Shown piece after piece: positions 37,487 through 50,895 of a DNA stretch of 64,000 nt (the first letter of the stretch is position 1; each line of letters opens with the position of its first letter). Location: assembly GCF_006345805.1 (NCBI RefSeq), contig NC_043004.1:70680001-70744000 (forward strand), given 5' to 3'. A program made the translations under genes and the position numbers. A model generated the notes under the pieces. The model was not told the DNA's origin and searched no databases. It saw only the letters and a program-made list of their open reading frames with translations. The stretch comes from Octopus sinensis (Eukaryota).

Positions 37487-40400
37487 CATCATCATTCACC
37501 TCAATGTGGAGGACTGACAGAATCACCAGAGCATCAACGAAATGCCCAGCAATATCTGTTATGACTCTTCACATTCTTGGTTCAAATCTCACAGAGGTCA
37601 ACTTGGCTTTTTTCTCCTTCCAGGGTTGATAAAATAAAGAGTCGGAACCCGTTTTTGTCAAAAATTAGGTTAAAAAATATGGGAGTTTCTTATACATGGA
37701 TAGTATTAAATCCCTTATAAAACTGTTTTAGGAAATTTTAAGCCCCCAAAATTAAGGGGTTCTTAATACACATGTTAAAATATGGTAACTCCTTCCTCTC
37801 GAAACTACAAAACTTGTGCCAAAGAAATTAGAAATGATTACAATTACTCACCCAAGTATTCGAGCGAGATTACACCGGACCTTTAACTTGAACTCGGAAT
37901 TTTCATTTTTTTCTTTCTCCAGCAAATCAATAGCCCTGGATAGGGAACAGATATCAAATATACAGGTTGTTCATAAATTACCTTTACAACTTTTGCAGTA
38001 TCAAATATACAGGCATAAATTATCTTAACAACTTTCACGATATAAAAGATACAGGCTGTTCATAACCTCTGGAGCCCACATAGAAGTATTCTGATGTTTC
38101 TAATAAAATTTTATTTGTTTGCCAATGTTCTCTAATAAACTCTGCTGAGTTATCATTATATTTCATTTTTTAATGAAATTTTCAAATTGTAAAGGTAATT
38201 TATGGACAACCTGTATGCATGCATACATACATACATATGTACATACATATATACATATGCATGATGGGGTACTGTAAAGTTCCTGGCTTTAAGGGTATCA
38301 CAAAAGGCCTCCCAAGTTCTTTTACAGGGCTTAGAAAAACTGAAGGGCCACCACAATAAGTGTGAATCTGAGAAGGGAATAAATTGAATAAATTCATAAT
38401 TAACCAATCCTCTTATATTTTCTTTTACCCAAAGCCAGGAACTTTTCAGCACGCCCTCATACATATATGCAGAGCATTCATAAATTATCTTCGCAACTTC
38501 CACAATTTATTGCCTCTATCAAAACTGAGATCTATCAATCAACTTCTTTGCAAAATCAATATGAAGCACACGTGGAAGTGTTCTGATGTTTCCAATAAAA
38601 CTTTATTTATTTGCCTATGTTTTCCAGTAAACTCTGCTGGGTTATTGTTATTTTTCATTATTCCTGAATTTTTCAAATTGTGTAAAGGTAATTTATGGAC
38701 AGCCTAAAGAACAGATATAAATATGGAAAACAGATATGAAGCAAAGAAAACAGATATAAGTGCTGACCTGGAGCTAAATAATGACAATGGAAGACACATT
38801 AGATAATGGAGTCTTAGATATACTATGTCTAAATAAGACAGGATGGTTGTAACTGGAATACCTTTGATCATAGGTTTGCTTCATCAATAGCTGACCTGGG
38901 GCTAAACGACAACAAAGAGGGAACACATTGGACAATGTAGTCTTAGATACACTATGTCTAAATCAGACAGGGTGGTCACAGTTGGAACATTTTTGATCAT
39001 AGATCTGCTTGATGAAGGACTGATCTGAGGTTAAACAACACATTAGATAATGTAGTCTTAGATATACTATGTCTAAATATGACAGGGTGGTCACAGCAGG
39101 GTGGAACACCTTTGATCACAGGCCTGCTTGACCCAAGGTTAGCAGGGGCTTATACAACAACAACATAAGTAACAAGAAAGTGCCAAATGGAATAGAATGG
39201 AAAAGGAATTACCTAGAAAACGCCTTTTCTGCCATAGAATGTAAACCATGCCGTTCCAGTAGAAGACCGTACATGTTGAAGGCAACAGCACAGTCTTGGA
39301 TACGCTCTGAAATAGAGATGAGAACTGAAAGAAATATCTTTAATGCCAAGTTCCGGTAGGGGTGTTAACCCTTTTGTAACCAACCCGGCTGAAACCAGCT
39401 CTGGCTCTGAATACAAATGTCTTGTTTTCATAAGTTTTGAATTAAAATCTTCCACCAAACCTTAGTCACAATTTATGTTCCTAACACTAGCCGAATGGTA
39501 ACTAAGTTATTTTACTAAATTCTTTATTATATTTAAAGTAATTGAAAGAAACACAGAGCATCTCAAAATAAATACAGTAACGAAAGGGTTAAGGCAGACG
39601 GATTCCTACTTTATACAGACTGAACAATATTAGCTTGAACAACTGATGTGTTTCACGTGCAATGTCTTCACATAGCAAAGAATACAAAAAAGCTGTTGTT
39701 TTTAATTTTTTTTAACCCTTTAACATTTAAACCAGCTATATTCCGCCAAAATAGTCTACCTGTGTTTAAACTGGCCATATGTGACCTCTCACACCTACCA
39801 TACAATGTCATTCTAAAAATTTAATGGTTACTTCATCAAAATCTCAGAGACACAAGATAACGCTTGATTAATTCAAAACAATGTGAATAAATAAGTATTA
39901 TATTTGACAAAATGTGAAGGTGCATGGCTCAGTAGTTAGAGCGTCAAGCTTACAATTGTGAAGTTGTGAGTTTGATTCCTGTACAGGGCTGCATGTTGTG
40001 TTCTTGAGCAAGACACTTTATTTTACATTGTTCCAGTTCACTCAGCTGCAGAAATGAGTTGTGACATCACTAGTGCCAAGCTGTATCAGCCTTTGCCTTT
40101 CCCTTAGATAAAATTGGTGGCATGGAGAGGGGAGGCTGGTGTGCATGGGCAACTGCTGGTCTTCCATAAGAACAACCCTAGGTTGTGTGTTTGCTGGTGA
40201 GGCGACTTTCCACCCAGACTTGTACACCGGAGAGGAACCTCTTAAGTGCACCCATGGTCATTCGTGACTGAAAGAGTCAAGAGATATTTGACAGAATGCC
40301 AAAGGGTTAAAAACCTACTTAGCTAATCTGAACAGGAAATGTAGGCAAGTGCTTTCTACAACAGCCTCAGGCCGGCCAAAACAGTGTGTGTGTGTGTGTA

Positions 40401-42732
40401 TGTGTGTGTGTGTATGTGTGTGTGTGTATGCACACATCTTAGTGAGAATTAAGACACACATACATAAACATGCACATTCATCTCTATCAATATACAGACA
40501 CACACACACAGACTTTTATACATACACATACATACACGCACACATGTGGACATACATTTAGATAAATCCACACACGTTCACATATATAAATATACAAAAA
40601 CACGTTTAGTTGCGCACACACGCACATATGCACACACACAGCTTTTTTACATACTCACACAACCCAGTCAAGTTGTATACACATTTATTCACTCATGAAA
40701 CAAAAACACACACATTCACAAATATACACACACACACATTCACATACACACACTCTCATATATAAGCAGACATACTCACATACATTGATGCACAAACAAA
40801 CATTCAAACATAAGCACATAGACTAAAATACACAAACATGCACACATTTAGTTCTTAAACACACACACACACACAAATACACATATGTTCATTTAAACAT
40901 GCACAACTTTCATCATCATCATCATCATTGTTTAACGTCTGCTTTCTATGCTAGCATGGGTTGGACGGTTCAACTGGGATCTGGGAAGCCAGGAGGCTGC
41001 ACCAGGCTCCAGTCTGATCTGGCAGTGTTTCTACAGCTGGATGCCCTTCCTAACGCCAACCACTCCGTGAGTGCAGTGGGTGCTTATTACGTGCCAGGCG
41101 AGGCTGGCAACAGCCACGATCGGATTGGTGCATTTTACGTGCCACCGGCACGGAAGCCAGTCAAGGCGGTGCTGGCATCGGCCACTTTCGGTTGGTGCTT
41201 TTTACGTGCCACCAGCACAGGGATCACAACTACAGTTTCCATAGATTTTTGATGTTGGTGTACTTGACTCAATGGATCTCAAACATTTATTCACACATGA
41301 AACAAAAACATGCACTCACATGCACATACAAATATACACGTGTTCATTTAAACACACGCATAGCTTTTTACATACTCACACAACCATGTCTAGTTGTAAA
41401 AACAGTCATTCACATCATTATCATCATCATCATCATTTAACATCCATTTTCCGTGCTAGCACGGGTTGGACAGTTCGACGAAAAAAAAACATGCATTCAC
41501 AAACGCACACACACACACACACACACACACCTGCCTCCTAGACACATACACATATACATACCTGTGTATTTTGAAAGAGCATCACAGGCAGCAGGTACAA
41601 CAGACATACGTTCAATATTATAGCGGTAGAGTGAAGTGTCATGCTTGGTCTCATCCAGTAACATGGAGCAGACCCAGTGGCCATATCCAATAAGAGATTC
41701 CACCTACATTTAAAGACAACAAAATATATTTTTTTATACTGAAATTATCAATTTGCGAAAAATAATGATTTATTAGTCTTTTTTCACATTACTTAAAACA
41801 AGGGTTCTCGACCATCTTTTATCTATGGACCCCTTTTACTCTTTTACTCTTTTACTTATTTCAGTCATTTGACTGCGGCCATGCTGGAGCACCGCCTTTA
41901 GTCGAGCAAATCGACCCTGGGACTTATTCTTTGTAAGCCCAGTACTTATTCTATCAGTCTCTTTTGCCGAACTGCTAAGTGACGGGGACGTAAACACACC
42001 AGCATCGGTTGTCAAGCAATGCTAGGGGGACAAACACAGACACACAAACACACACACATATATATATATATACATATATACGACAGGCTTCTTTCAGTTT
42101 CCATCTACCAAATCGACTCACAAGGCATTGGTTGGCCCGGGGCTATAGCAGAAGACACTTGCCCAAGATGCCACGCAGTGGGACTGAACCCAGAACCATG
42201 TGGTTGGTTAGCAAGTTACTTACCACACAGCCACTCCTGCGCCTATTACTATTTTATTCTGGTAGAACCCCATTGCCATTTGATGTTTAGAAATAAGTTT
42301 TATTGAAACTTCTTTCAAAACCCCTATTTTGTTTTTCAACATTCTCTTGTGTAGTTCGGACTATGTAAAATGTTAGAGGAAGAAACCTAACTGTTTCTTG
42401 CAATACATACCAATACAGACATCTAAAGCAAAATTTTTTTTTTCTGGGCCCTTAGAATGCAATTGTGGATCTCTGTTTTACTATTTTGTTATGTGAGTCC
42501 CACAAAATCTTATATGGATCCTCAGGGGCCATTTGGACCCCAGTTGAAAACCACTCACTTAAAGGAAGTGAAGGTGCAGGCTGTGTGGTAAGTAGCTTGC
42601 TTACCAACCACATGGTTCCGGGTTCAGTCCCACTGCGTGGCACCTTGGGCAAGTGTCTTCTACTATAGCCTCAGGCCGACCAATGCCTTGTGAGTGGATT
42701 TGGGAGACAGAAACTGAAAGAAGCCTGTCGTG

Positions 42733-42765
<33 letters not shown>

Positions 42766-45700
42766 GTGTCTGTGTTTGTCCCTCCAACATTGCTTGACAA
42801 CCGATGATGGTGTGTTTATGTCCCCGTAACTTAGTGGTTCAGCAAAAGAGACTGATAGAATAAGTACTAGGCTTCCAAAGAATAAGTCTTGGGGTCGATT
42901 TGCTCGACTAAAGGTGGTGCTCCAGCATGGCCACAGTCAAAGGACTGAAACAAGTAAAAGAGAAAAGAGAAAAAGTGTGTGTGGCTTAATGGTTAAGGTA
43001 TTCAGCTCACGATCATAAGATCATGGGTTCGATACGCAGCGGTGCACTGCGTCCTTATGCAAGACACTTTGTTTCATGTTGCTCCAGTCCAATCAGCTGG
43101 CAAAAATGGGTAGTCCTTGTCACATACTACGCCATGCTGAATCTCCACATCAAGGGAACGTGTGTCCGTGGAGTGCTCAGCCACTGTTAATTTCACAGAC
43201 AGGATGTTCCGTTGGTGAAATCAAGTTGAAGAAAGAGAGAGAACAGTACTTACATGATTACCAAGTTCGGTGGTGTGACGGAACAAATCCATGGCTTCAT
43301 CATGGCCAACAGTATCAGCAATAAACGCCTACAAAAGAACCAAGGAAACAACAGCTCAATACATCCACATACACATACACAGAAGTGCACATACACATAT
43401 GTAAATATACAGTGTATCACAACTACATGAAAGTATACATACATAATCATTACACACACATATGCGCACATATAAATTCACACATACACACAATGTACAA
43501 ACTTATATGCAGGTATATATCCATATCACACATGTATGCACATATTAACAAGTGTACACATATCCATGAATGCACAAAAATATACACAAATGTACAGACA
43601 CATATACATACATATATATATACACATACACACAAATATTTCCGCACAAACGCACTAGTTCTTTAGTTTGCTTATAGTATCATAGCTAAAATGGAGCTGC
43701 ATTTAAGTACAGTTGGGAAGCCAACTTCTCAATCACAAAGCTACAGTTGTACCTGTGTCTATGCCATGACGGCTCGTTTGAAAAACTGTATCTTTTAAAA
43801 AACTTAAGACACCTCCAGGGACAGTATAAATACCAGGAGTGAGATTTTTTTATCATGTCCATATTCTATGAAGTACATCTTAGTGGGAATTAAGGGTAAA
43901 CCACTGGACACGTTATAAACCTTTCCTATTTCTTTATTGCCCACAAGGGGCTAAACATAGAGAAGACAAACAAGGACAGACAAAGGAATCAAGTTGATTA
44001 CATCGACCCCAGTGTGTAACTGATACTTAATTTATTGACCCTGGAAGGATGAAAGGCAAAGTCGACTTCAGCGGAATTTGAACTCAGAACGTAAAGACAG
44101 AAGAAATACCGCTAAGCATTTCTGCCAGCTCGACATATCATAAACCTTTCCCGTGCTGATTTATGTAAGACTAAGATGGAGCACCACATTTCAGTATACA
44201 CATGTGTACAATGTGACAAGCCAAATCCTACATGTTGCACCAATAAAACTATATAATTGCAATAGACAAATGCTTTGATTAGTTTAATCTCCATTTACCA
44301 TCAAGGGTCTTATTCCTGGTCAAAGACATGGTCCCAAATTGGATTTGAACTCGGAATTTTTACTTCTTCATTATACAGGTAGTAATGCCTTTCTAACCAG
44401 GAATCAGTCAATCAATTACAATCAGAGACAGGTATACAAACAATTGAAAATAGAACTCAACACATGTGGGAGTTTACAAAAGCGTTTGTCAACAGGTTGC
44501 TTCAGTTCCACATTTATTAGAGTTTCACAGATGGAAATAATTTAATTCAACAGAGTGGAGACAAGAAGGCCTCCATTGATCAGTTCTGGGAGAACAATAA
44601 TATGAGACAATTCTATATATTACATTGTGTAATAAATTCTATTTCCTACACTGTGTAATAATACACAGGTAAAAAAACAATATTTTGTCCTTGGGCAGCA
44701 ACTGTTGTTTCCTATTTGTTTGCCCCTATAAAAATCTGAAAAATAACTAATATCTCCTTCAAACTTTGCTTTTGTTACATTTATTCAAACCCCAAAGAAT
44801 CCCTCTCAACACATGACTATGAAGCTCCCCCACTACTCTTGCTCATCATCAGAGATGCACATATTGTCAGCCACTAAGGGACATGCTCAAGTGTTTTAAA
44901 GTCAAGCAACTGAAAAGCCAATCGGTGGTATTGAGCAAAATATTTGCTATAATGATATTTCTGCTTGAGCAACTCAGCAATGAATCAGTCTAAAATGTAA
45001 TGGAAAATAGGTCAGTTTCAAAACATCGATGTCCAGGTCACAAAAGCAAAGTTTGAAGGGAATAGTGGTCATTTCCTTTGATTTCTAAAAAGAAACAAAC
45101 AGGAAAGTAACACCTATTGACCAAAGACAAAAAGAAATAAAAATTTGTGTCATTACATACGGTGGAGGGAAGAGTCCAGTGGTGCCAACTGGTCAACAGC
45201 CTTTAGTACCTGACAACGTTGTAACATCAAGAAGAGATGATAGGAATGCACCTGCTGTTCCATAACAGTCTGTTGTCACGTTAATTCACATATATTGCAA
45301 TCACAGACAATTCTAAAACTCCTTTCTTTCAATTTTCATACTCCTTGAACTTTCAAAAGTTTGAAGATTATGGAAGTTGAATGGGAAAATCGCGAGGACC
45401 ACTTCTATACACACTCACAAAACAACTATTTTATTTCACACACACATACAGAACTAGCAGAGAGAAAAGTCAAACGGATGACTTTCGAGGAGTGTTTGTG
45501 TATAACACATCGCACCCAATGAAGGAACCACTACATAATCACTTGACCAGCTAGAAATACTAACCAAATCTGCAACAAATTACACTTACCCATTTTTAAA
45601 AAGAGACACATTGGGAAGTCATGTTAAAAGTACACTACCATCTTGAAAAAGGAAGGACACATTGTATCATGTAGCCTGAGATATACTAAAGAAAAAGACA

Positions 45701-48700
45701 TGTAAAAACATCCATCCTGAACATACAATTATACAACTGTAACTTACCTGTCCAATCCAACAGGTGACATAATTAGGATCAAGACTCTGTGCCACTGAGA
45801 AGGCTTCATGGGCAAGCTGGAAAAAATAGCAAAGAGATTAAGAGAGTTGGAGGATAGTGTGCAGTAATGCCTCACTTTATGAGGACTGCTTTACAAGACC
45901 CCAGGTTTACAAATTTTATTTTTCAGCTCACTCTTGTATTATTTGTTCCTTCTCGAGCTATCCCTGGCTCATAGGGCCGGTTTCCCAGTTTCCTTGGAGT
46001 ATAGGTTCCCCACCTGGACGGGACGCCAGTCTGTTGCAGGTGAGTTGCAAGATGCAGGAGGAAAAAGTGAGAGAAAGCTGTGGCGAAAGCGTCAGCAGAA
46101 GTTCGCCATTACCTTCTACCAGAGCCACGTGGAGCTTAGGTGTTTTCACTCATAAACACACACATCATCCAGTCTGAGATTCGAACTCGTGATCCCTCGA
46201 CCGCAAGTCCACTACTCTAACCACTAGGCCATGTGCCTCCACCACTCTTGTATGGTGAGCTGAAATTTTTCAAGCACAAGATCCAAATTATGAACAAACT
46301 ACAAAAGTTTCTACTACCATAACAAATGCTTCTGCATGTTACTGAGAAATTAACAGAGGATGAAAAAAAGCTTCTTCTAAGCAAACAGCTCTAGACTTGT
46401 GTTTTAAAAAGAAACTTACATGCCCTTCTATGAGTGTTTGTGAACTGGCGATCATGTCTACTAGTGATGGTGTGCACAAGTCTAGTGCAAGTAAAAGTGA
46501 TTCAGAAAACTATTATAACAATAGTATTCTTTATTATAAATGATCTTGACAGTGTTTTTACTATTCTTTACATCCTACTGTTGTTTTATTGCCATTTAAT
46601 TACAAGTATTATAAATTTTATAGGTAAAACATTTTTCTGAGAACGAATTATGATTTATAACATTGCTACTATGGGAAAGTATTGCTCTGCTTAATGAGGT
46701 TTTGGTTTATAAGCATTCTCTAGGAAGAAATTAACTGTATTTGAAACAGCAGAGTTGATAGGTTAAAGGTGGTAAAGGAGAACCTCAATTTTGTTTGTGT
46801 TGTGGGGTGGAGGTGCAAGAATGCCTGGACTTAGTGGGTTACAGTCTTGATTGTTCGGTAAATCCCCCACCCAACCCATGTGTGTGAAAGAAAGCGGAAT
46901 ATTTCTTCAGATTAAGAAAAGAGAACCGAATCCTTGCAGCGTAAAAATGAATGAATGAATGAGGTAATGGTGCACCAGCAATGCTTGCAAGAGCAGAAAC
47001 TTTGAATAGCAGCTGACTTTGAACTGTGACTAACCCATCCAACCCATACCAGCACATGAAAGAGAGATGCATGTGAAGAAGAGGAGGATGTTGACGTCAA
47101 CAATGATGATGATGGTGATAATGACAATGACATTGATACTGATAATGATGATGACGACGACAACAAAGATGATGAAATTCATCATCGTTATCATCATCAT
47201 GACAACAATGGTAGGAGTGACGGTGATGATGGAGGAGGAGGAGAAATCAGAGAAACTGCAAGAGGCAGATGATGGTGATTTTATATTGAGCAGAATGTGA
47301 AGAGGAAGAGTCTGAAGTAAGACTGTGTCATACCAATATACTAAAGTAGAGATGTGAAGGGTTGTTGATACATAGTAAGAGAGATGTTGACAGCCCTCAC
47401 ATCTCTCTCCCTCGGTACATCATAACCCCACCCAACACTCCAACTATGACTCTTCCCTCCCGCATTTCACACCTTTACACACCAAAACTGTCATGTCCCC
47501 TTCACGCAATGCTTCAAACTTCATCACTTCAGCAAGGTACCTGCTACTGTCCCTCTATCATATTTTCACATTCTTCAATACTATACCTTATTTGTTTGAG
47601 CGGGTTTGTCTTGTTAGTCCTTGGCATTGAGATTTTCCATTTCACATCCAAAGATTCTTTCTAGCATAAAGATTTAAAGATTCTTCCTAGCATGAAGATT
47701 CTTCCTTGAATGAAGATTTAACAGTGACCAAACACTAGAGAGCTGAGCCCACACCACTGACAAAGACTCAATGCTGTAATGATTTATAGTTCAATCTAAT
47801 AAACAACCCAAAAAATGCTCATGTTAACAATTTACTACAGATTATCATAAAAGCCCAACATGAGTGCAGTACAAAATATTTCAGAACATCTTTATATATA
47901 AAAGAGAGGTTGTGTGTCTGTCCCCTACGATTTAGATTCCTAACTACTCCCACATTTTGTGGTACAGTTTAACCAAAACCGGGTATCTTATAGTCGTGAT
48001 TCATATCGAGCCCTTCTGGGTATTAGCACGTGTCTACAATGAGTCTATGATTTAAAAAAAAATTTACCATCAATTTTTCCCATTTTTAATGCATTTTTGG
48101 CATATATAAGGGAAGTAACTCTCTAAAAATTTATTATTAAATCGCAGAATGTAAAAAGCTACAGTAACACCACCCACCCTTTGTGGTTAGCCATATTGAG
48201 ATGGCTATTATACTTTACATCTCTAAAAATGCTTATATAGTTATTTCCCTTACAAACCCGAGCAACGCCAGGCGATACTGCTAGTAAGTGATACAGAACT
48301 AAAAAAATGGTTTCATCAAGGAGTGTAATGTTTGTGATGGAGGAAACTGGCTTGTCAAAACCCTCCTTATTGTAACATGTTGACTTACCAGGAGATTTTG
48401 ATTTCGCAGGTAAAGGGCTCCTAAATTTGTCCAGGGCACAACATTCTATAATAGAAATATTATATATGCAAAAATATTTATATAAACATACATCATCATC
48501 ATCATCGTTTAGCGTCCGTTTTCCATGCTAGCAATATATAATGATATTCTCTCTCTCTCTCATGCACAAACACACACACATGCATAAGCCAACTAAGAAA
48601 CCTCTATATAGTCAATCAATTTGCAAAAAATAGCAACCAAATCTCCTTCAGATTTCATATATACATAAACCTTCACATGCACACACATACACACGCACGT

Positions 48701-50530
48701 ACACACACACACACACATACACAGACATACTGTAATTACTTGTGTATAAGCTACAACCCTAATTTATTATTAAATCTTGGTACGAAATTTCTTCCCTTCA
48801 TAGTTTTAATTTTGTCTTGTGTCTAAGTCAAACCCCGGTTTTCCCATTAAAATAGTGCAACCAACTAATACATGAGTAAATATGGTATATGCACACACAC
48901 ACATACATACAAACACACATTTTATACATATAATATGTGACAATTATTCGGTTGCCATAATAAAACTCCAAGTTTCGGATGTCGGAGCAGAAACCTGCAC
49001 TGGCATCTCTTTAGTTATTTGAGGCAATCAAAGTATGCTATATTTTGATTGCCTCGATAACTGAAGAGATGCCGGTGCAGGTTTCTGCTCCGACATCCGA
49101 AACTTGGAGTTTTGTTATGGCAACCGAAAAATTGTCATATATTATATTACAGATAAATTCCTCTATTTACATAACATCGAGGTCTCTTTCATTCTTTTGT
49201 TATCTTAACATTACTATAAATATATATATTAGTTTCTTAATTAGGAAAATTCTTTTGTTCCATTATTTTTTAAATAGTTGGCAGATTCTGATAGCAGAAT
49301 GGATGCAATGAACAAGAATATCTCAAGATATTTGCTTCTGTCCAGGTTACGTCCTTTTATAGATATGTAAAATTAAATTTAATGAAAAGACTGCTGCAGA
49401 AACTGGCTTCAGAGAAAAAAATTTTTTTTAAACAATATATGTGAAAAACACACAAATGAGCTCTGAATTATGTCATAAGATGCATGCATTTCTGCATGGT
49501 TGCATGTCATCAGCAATAGATATTGAGTTATCACTTATAGCCATGAGTATTTGTTCAAATATTCTTTTCTACTCTAGGCACAAGGCCCAAAATTTCTGGG
49601 GAGGGAGCCAGTCAATTAGATCCACCCCAGTATTCAACTGGTACTTAATTTATTGACCCCAAAAGGATGAAAGACAAAGTTGACCTTGGCAGAATTTGAA
49701 CTCAGAACATAAAGACAGATGAAATACCGCTAAGCATTTCGCCCAACGTGCTAACATTTCTGTCAGCTTACTGCTTTCATTTGTTCAAATATTAGAACAG
49801 CAAACAGTGCAGAAAGCTTTGTAAAATTGAAATTAATTAATTAGTACACCTCTGATTAATTATGTCCGTCAATGCTTGGACAACTTCACCTTTCTTCCTG
49901 AGTCAGTTAAACAACATGCAAACTAACCTCTTTAATCAGTGTAACTGATTAAAACAGTTGAAGAGAGGGCCCCAGCATGGCCATAGTCCACTGACTGAAA
50001 CCAGTATAAAAGATTAAATGAATACTTACGTTGCTGTCTAGCTGAATGGCCTTGGCAAAACAATGCTGGGCCAACTTTGGGTTGAATACCACTTCTGAAG
50101 AAGAAACAGGAGAAAAGTCCACATTTGAAAGACAGGAAATAATTGGTTAACAGCACTCTGCTACCTATTTCTTTCATACTCTAGGTTAGTGGTTCTCAAC
50201 CATTCTTTGCCTATGGACTCCTTTCATTCCTATTCTACTCAGTGGGTGAGACCCTCAAAGCCATTTGATATCTAAAACCTCCCATATTTTTATAAATATT
50301 TTTAGGATTTGTGTCAACAATTACTCTTTTACTCTTTTACTTGTTTCAGTCATTTGACTGCGGCCATGCTGAAGCACCGCCTTTAGTCGAGCAAATCGAC
50401 CCCGGGACTTATTCTTTGTAAGCCCAGTACTTATTCTATCGGTCTCTTTTGCCGAACCGCTAAGTGACGGGGATGTAAACACACCAGCATCGGTTGTCAA
50501 GCAATGCTAGGGGGACAAACACACACACAT

Positions 50531-50569
<39 letters not shown>

Positions 50570-50862
50570 TACGACAGGCTTCTTTCAGTTTCTGTCTACC
50601 AAATCCACTCACAAGGCATTGGTCGGCCCGGCGCTATAGCAGAAGACACTTGCCCAAGATGCCACGCAGTGAGACTGAACCCGGAACCATGTGGTTGGTT
50701 AGCAAGCTACTTACCACACAGCCACTCCTGCACCTAAATTTTAAATATTCTTTAAACATTTTGTGTACAGTAGAACTATAACAAGTTTATTGCACATACA
50801 TTTTAACAAAGCCTTATACAGGTCCCCAAGGGCCACATGGACCCTGGTTGAGAACCACATCC

Positions 50863-50895
<33 letters not shown>

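Noticed and set aside
46170-46242. tRNA-like sequences (also the heads at 1229, 39914, 42572)
   Set aside because: They have A/B boxes but no complete cloverleaf and continue into SINE bodies, in some cases with TSDs; these are SINE heads, not tRNA genes.
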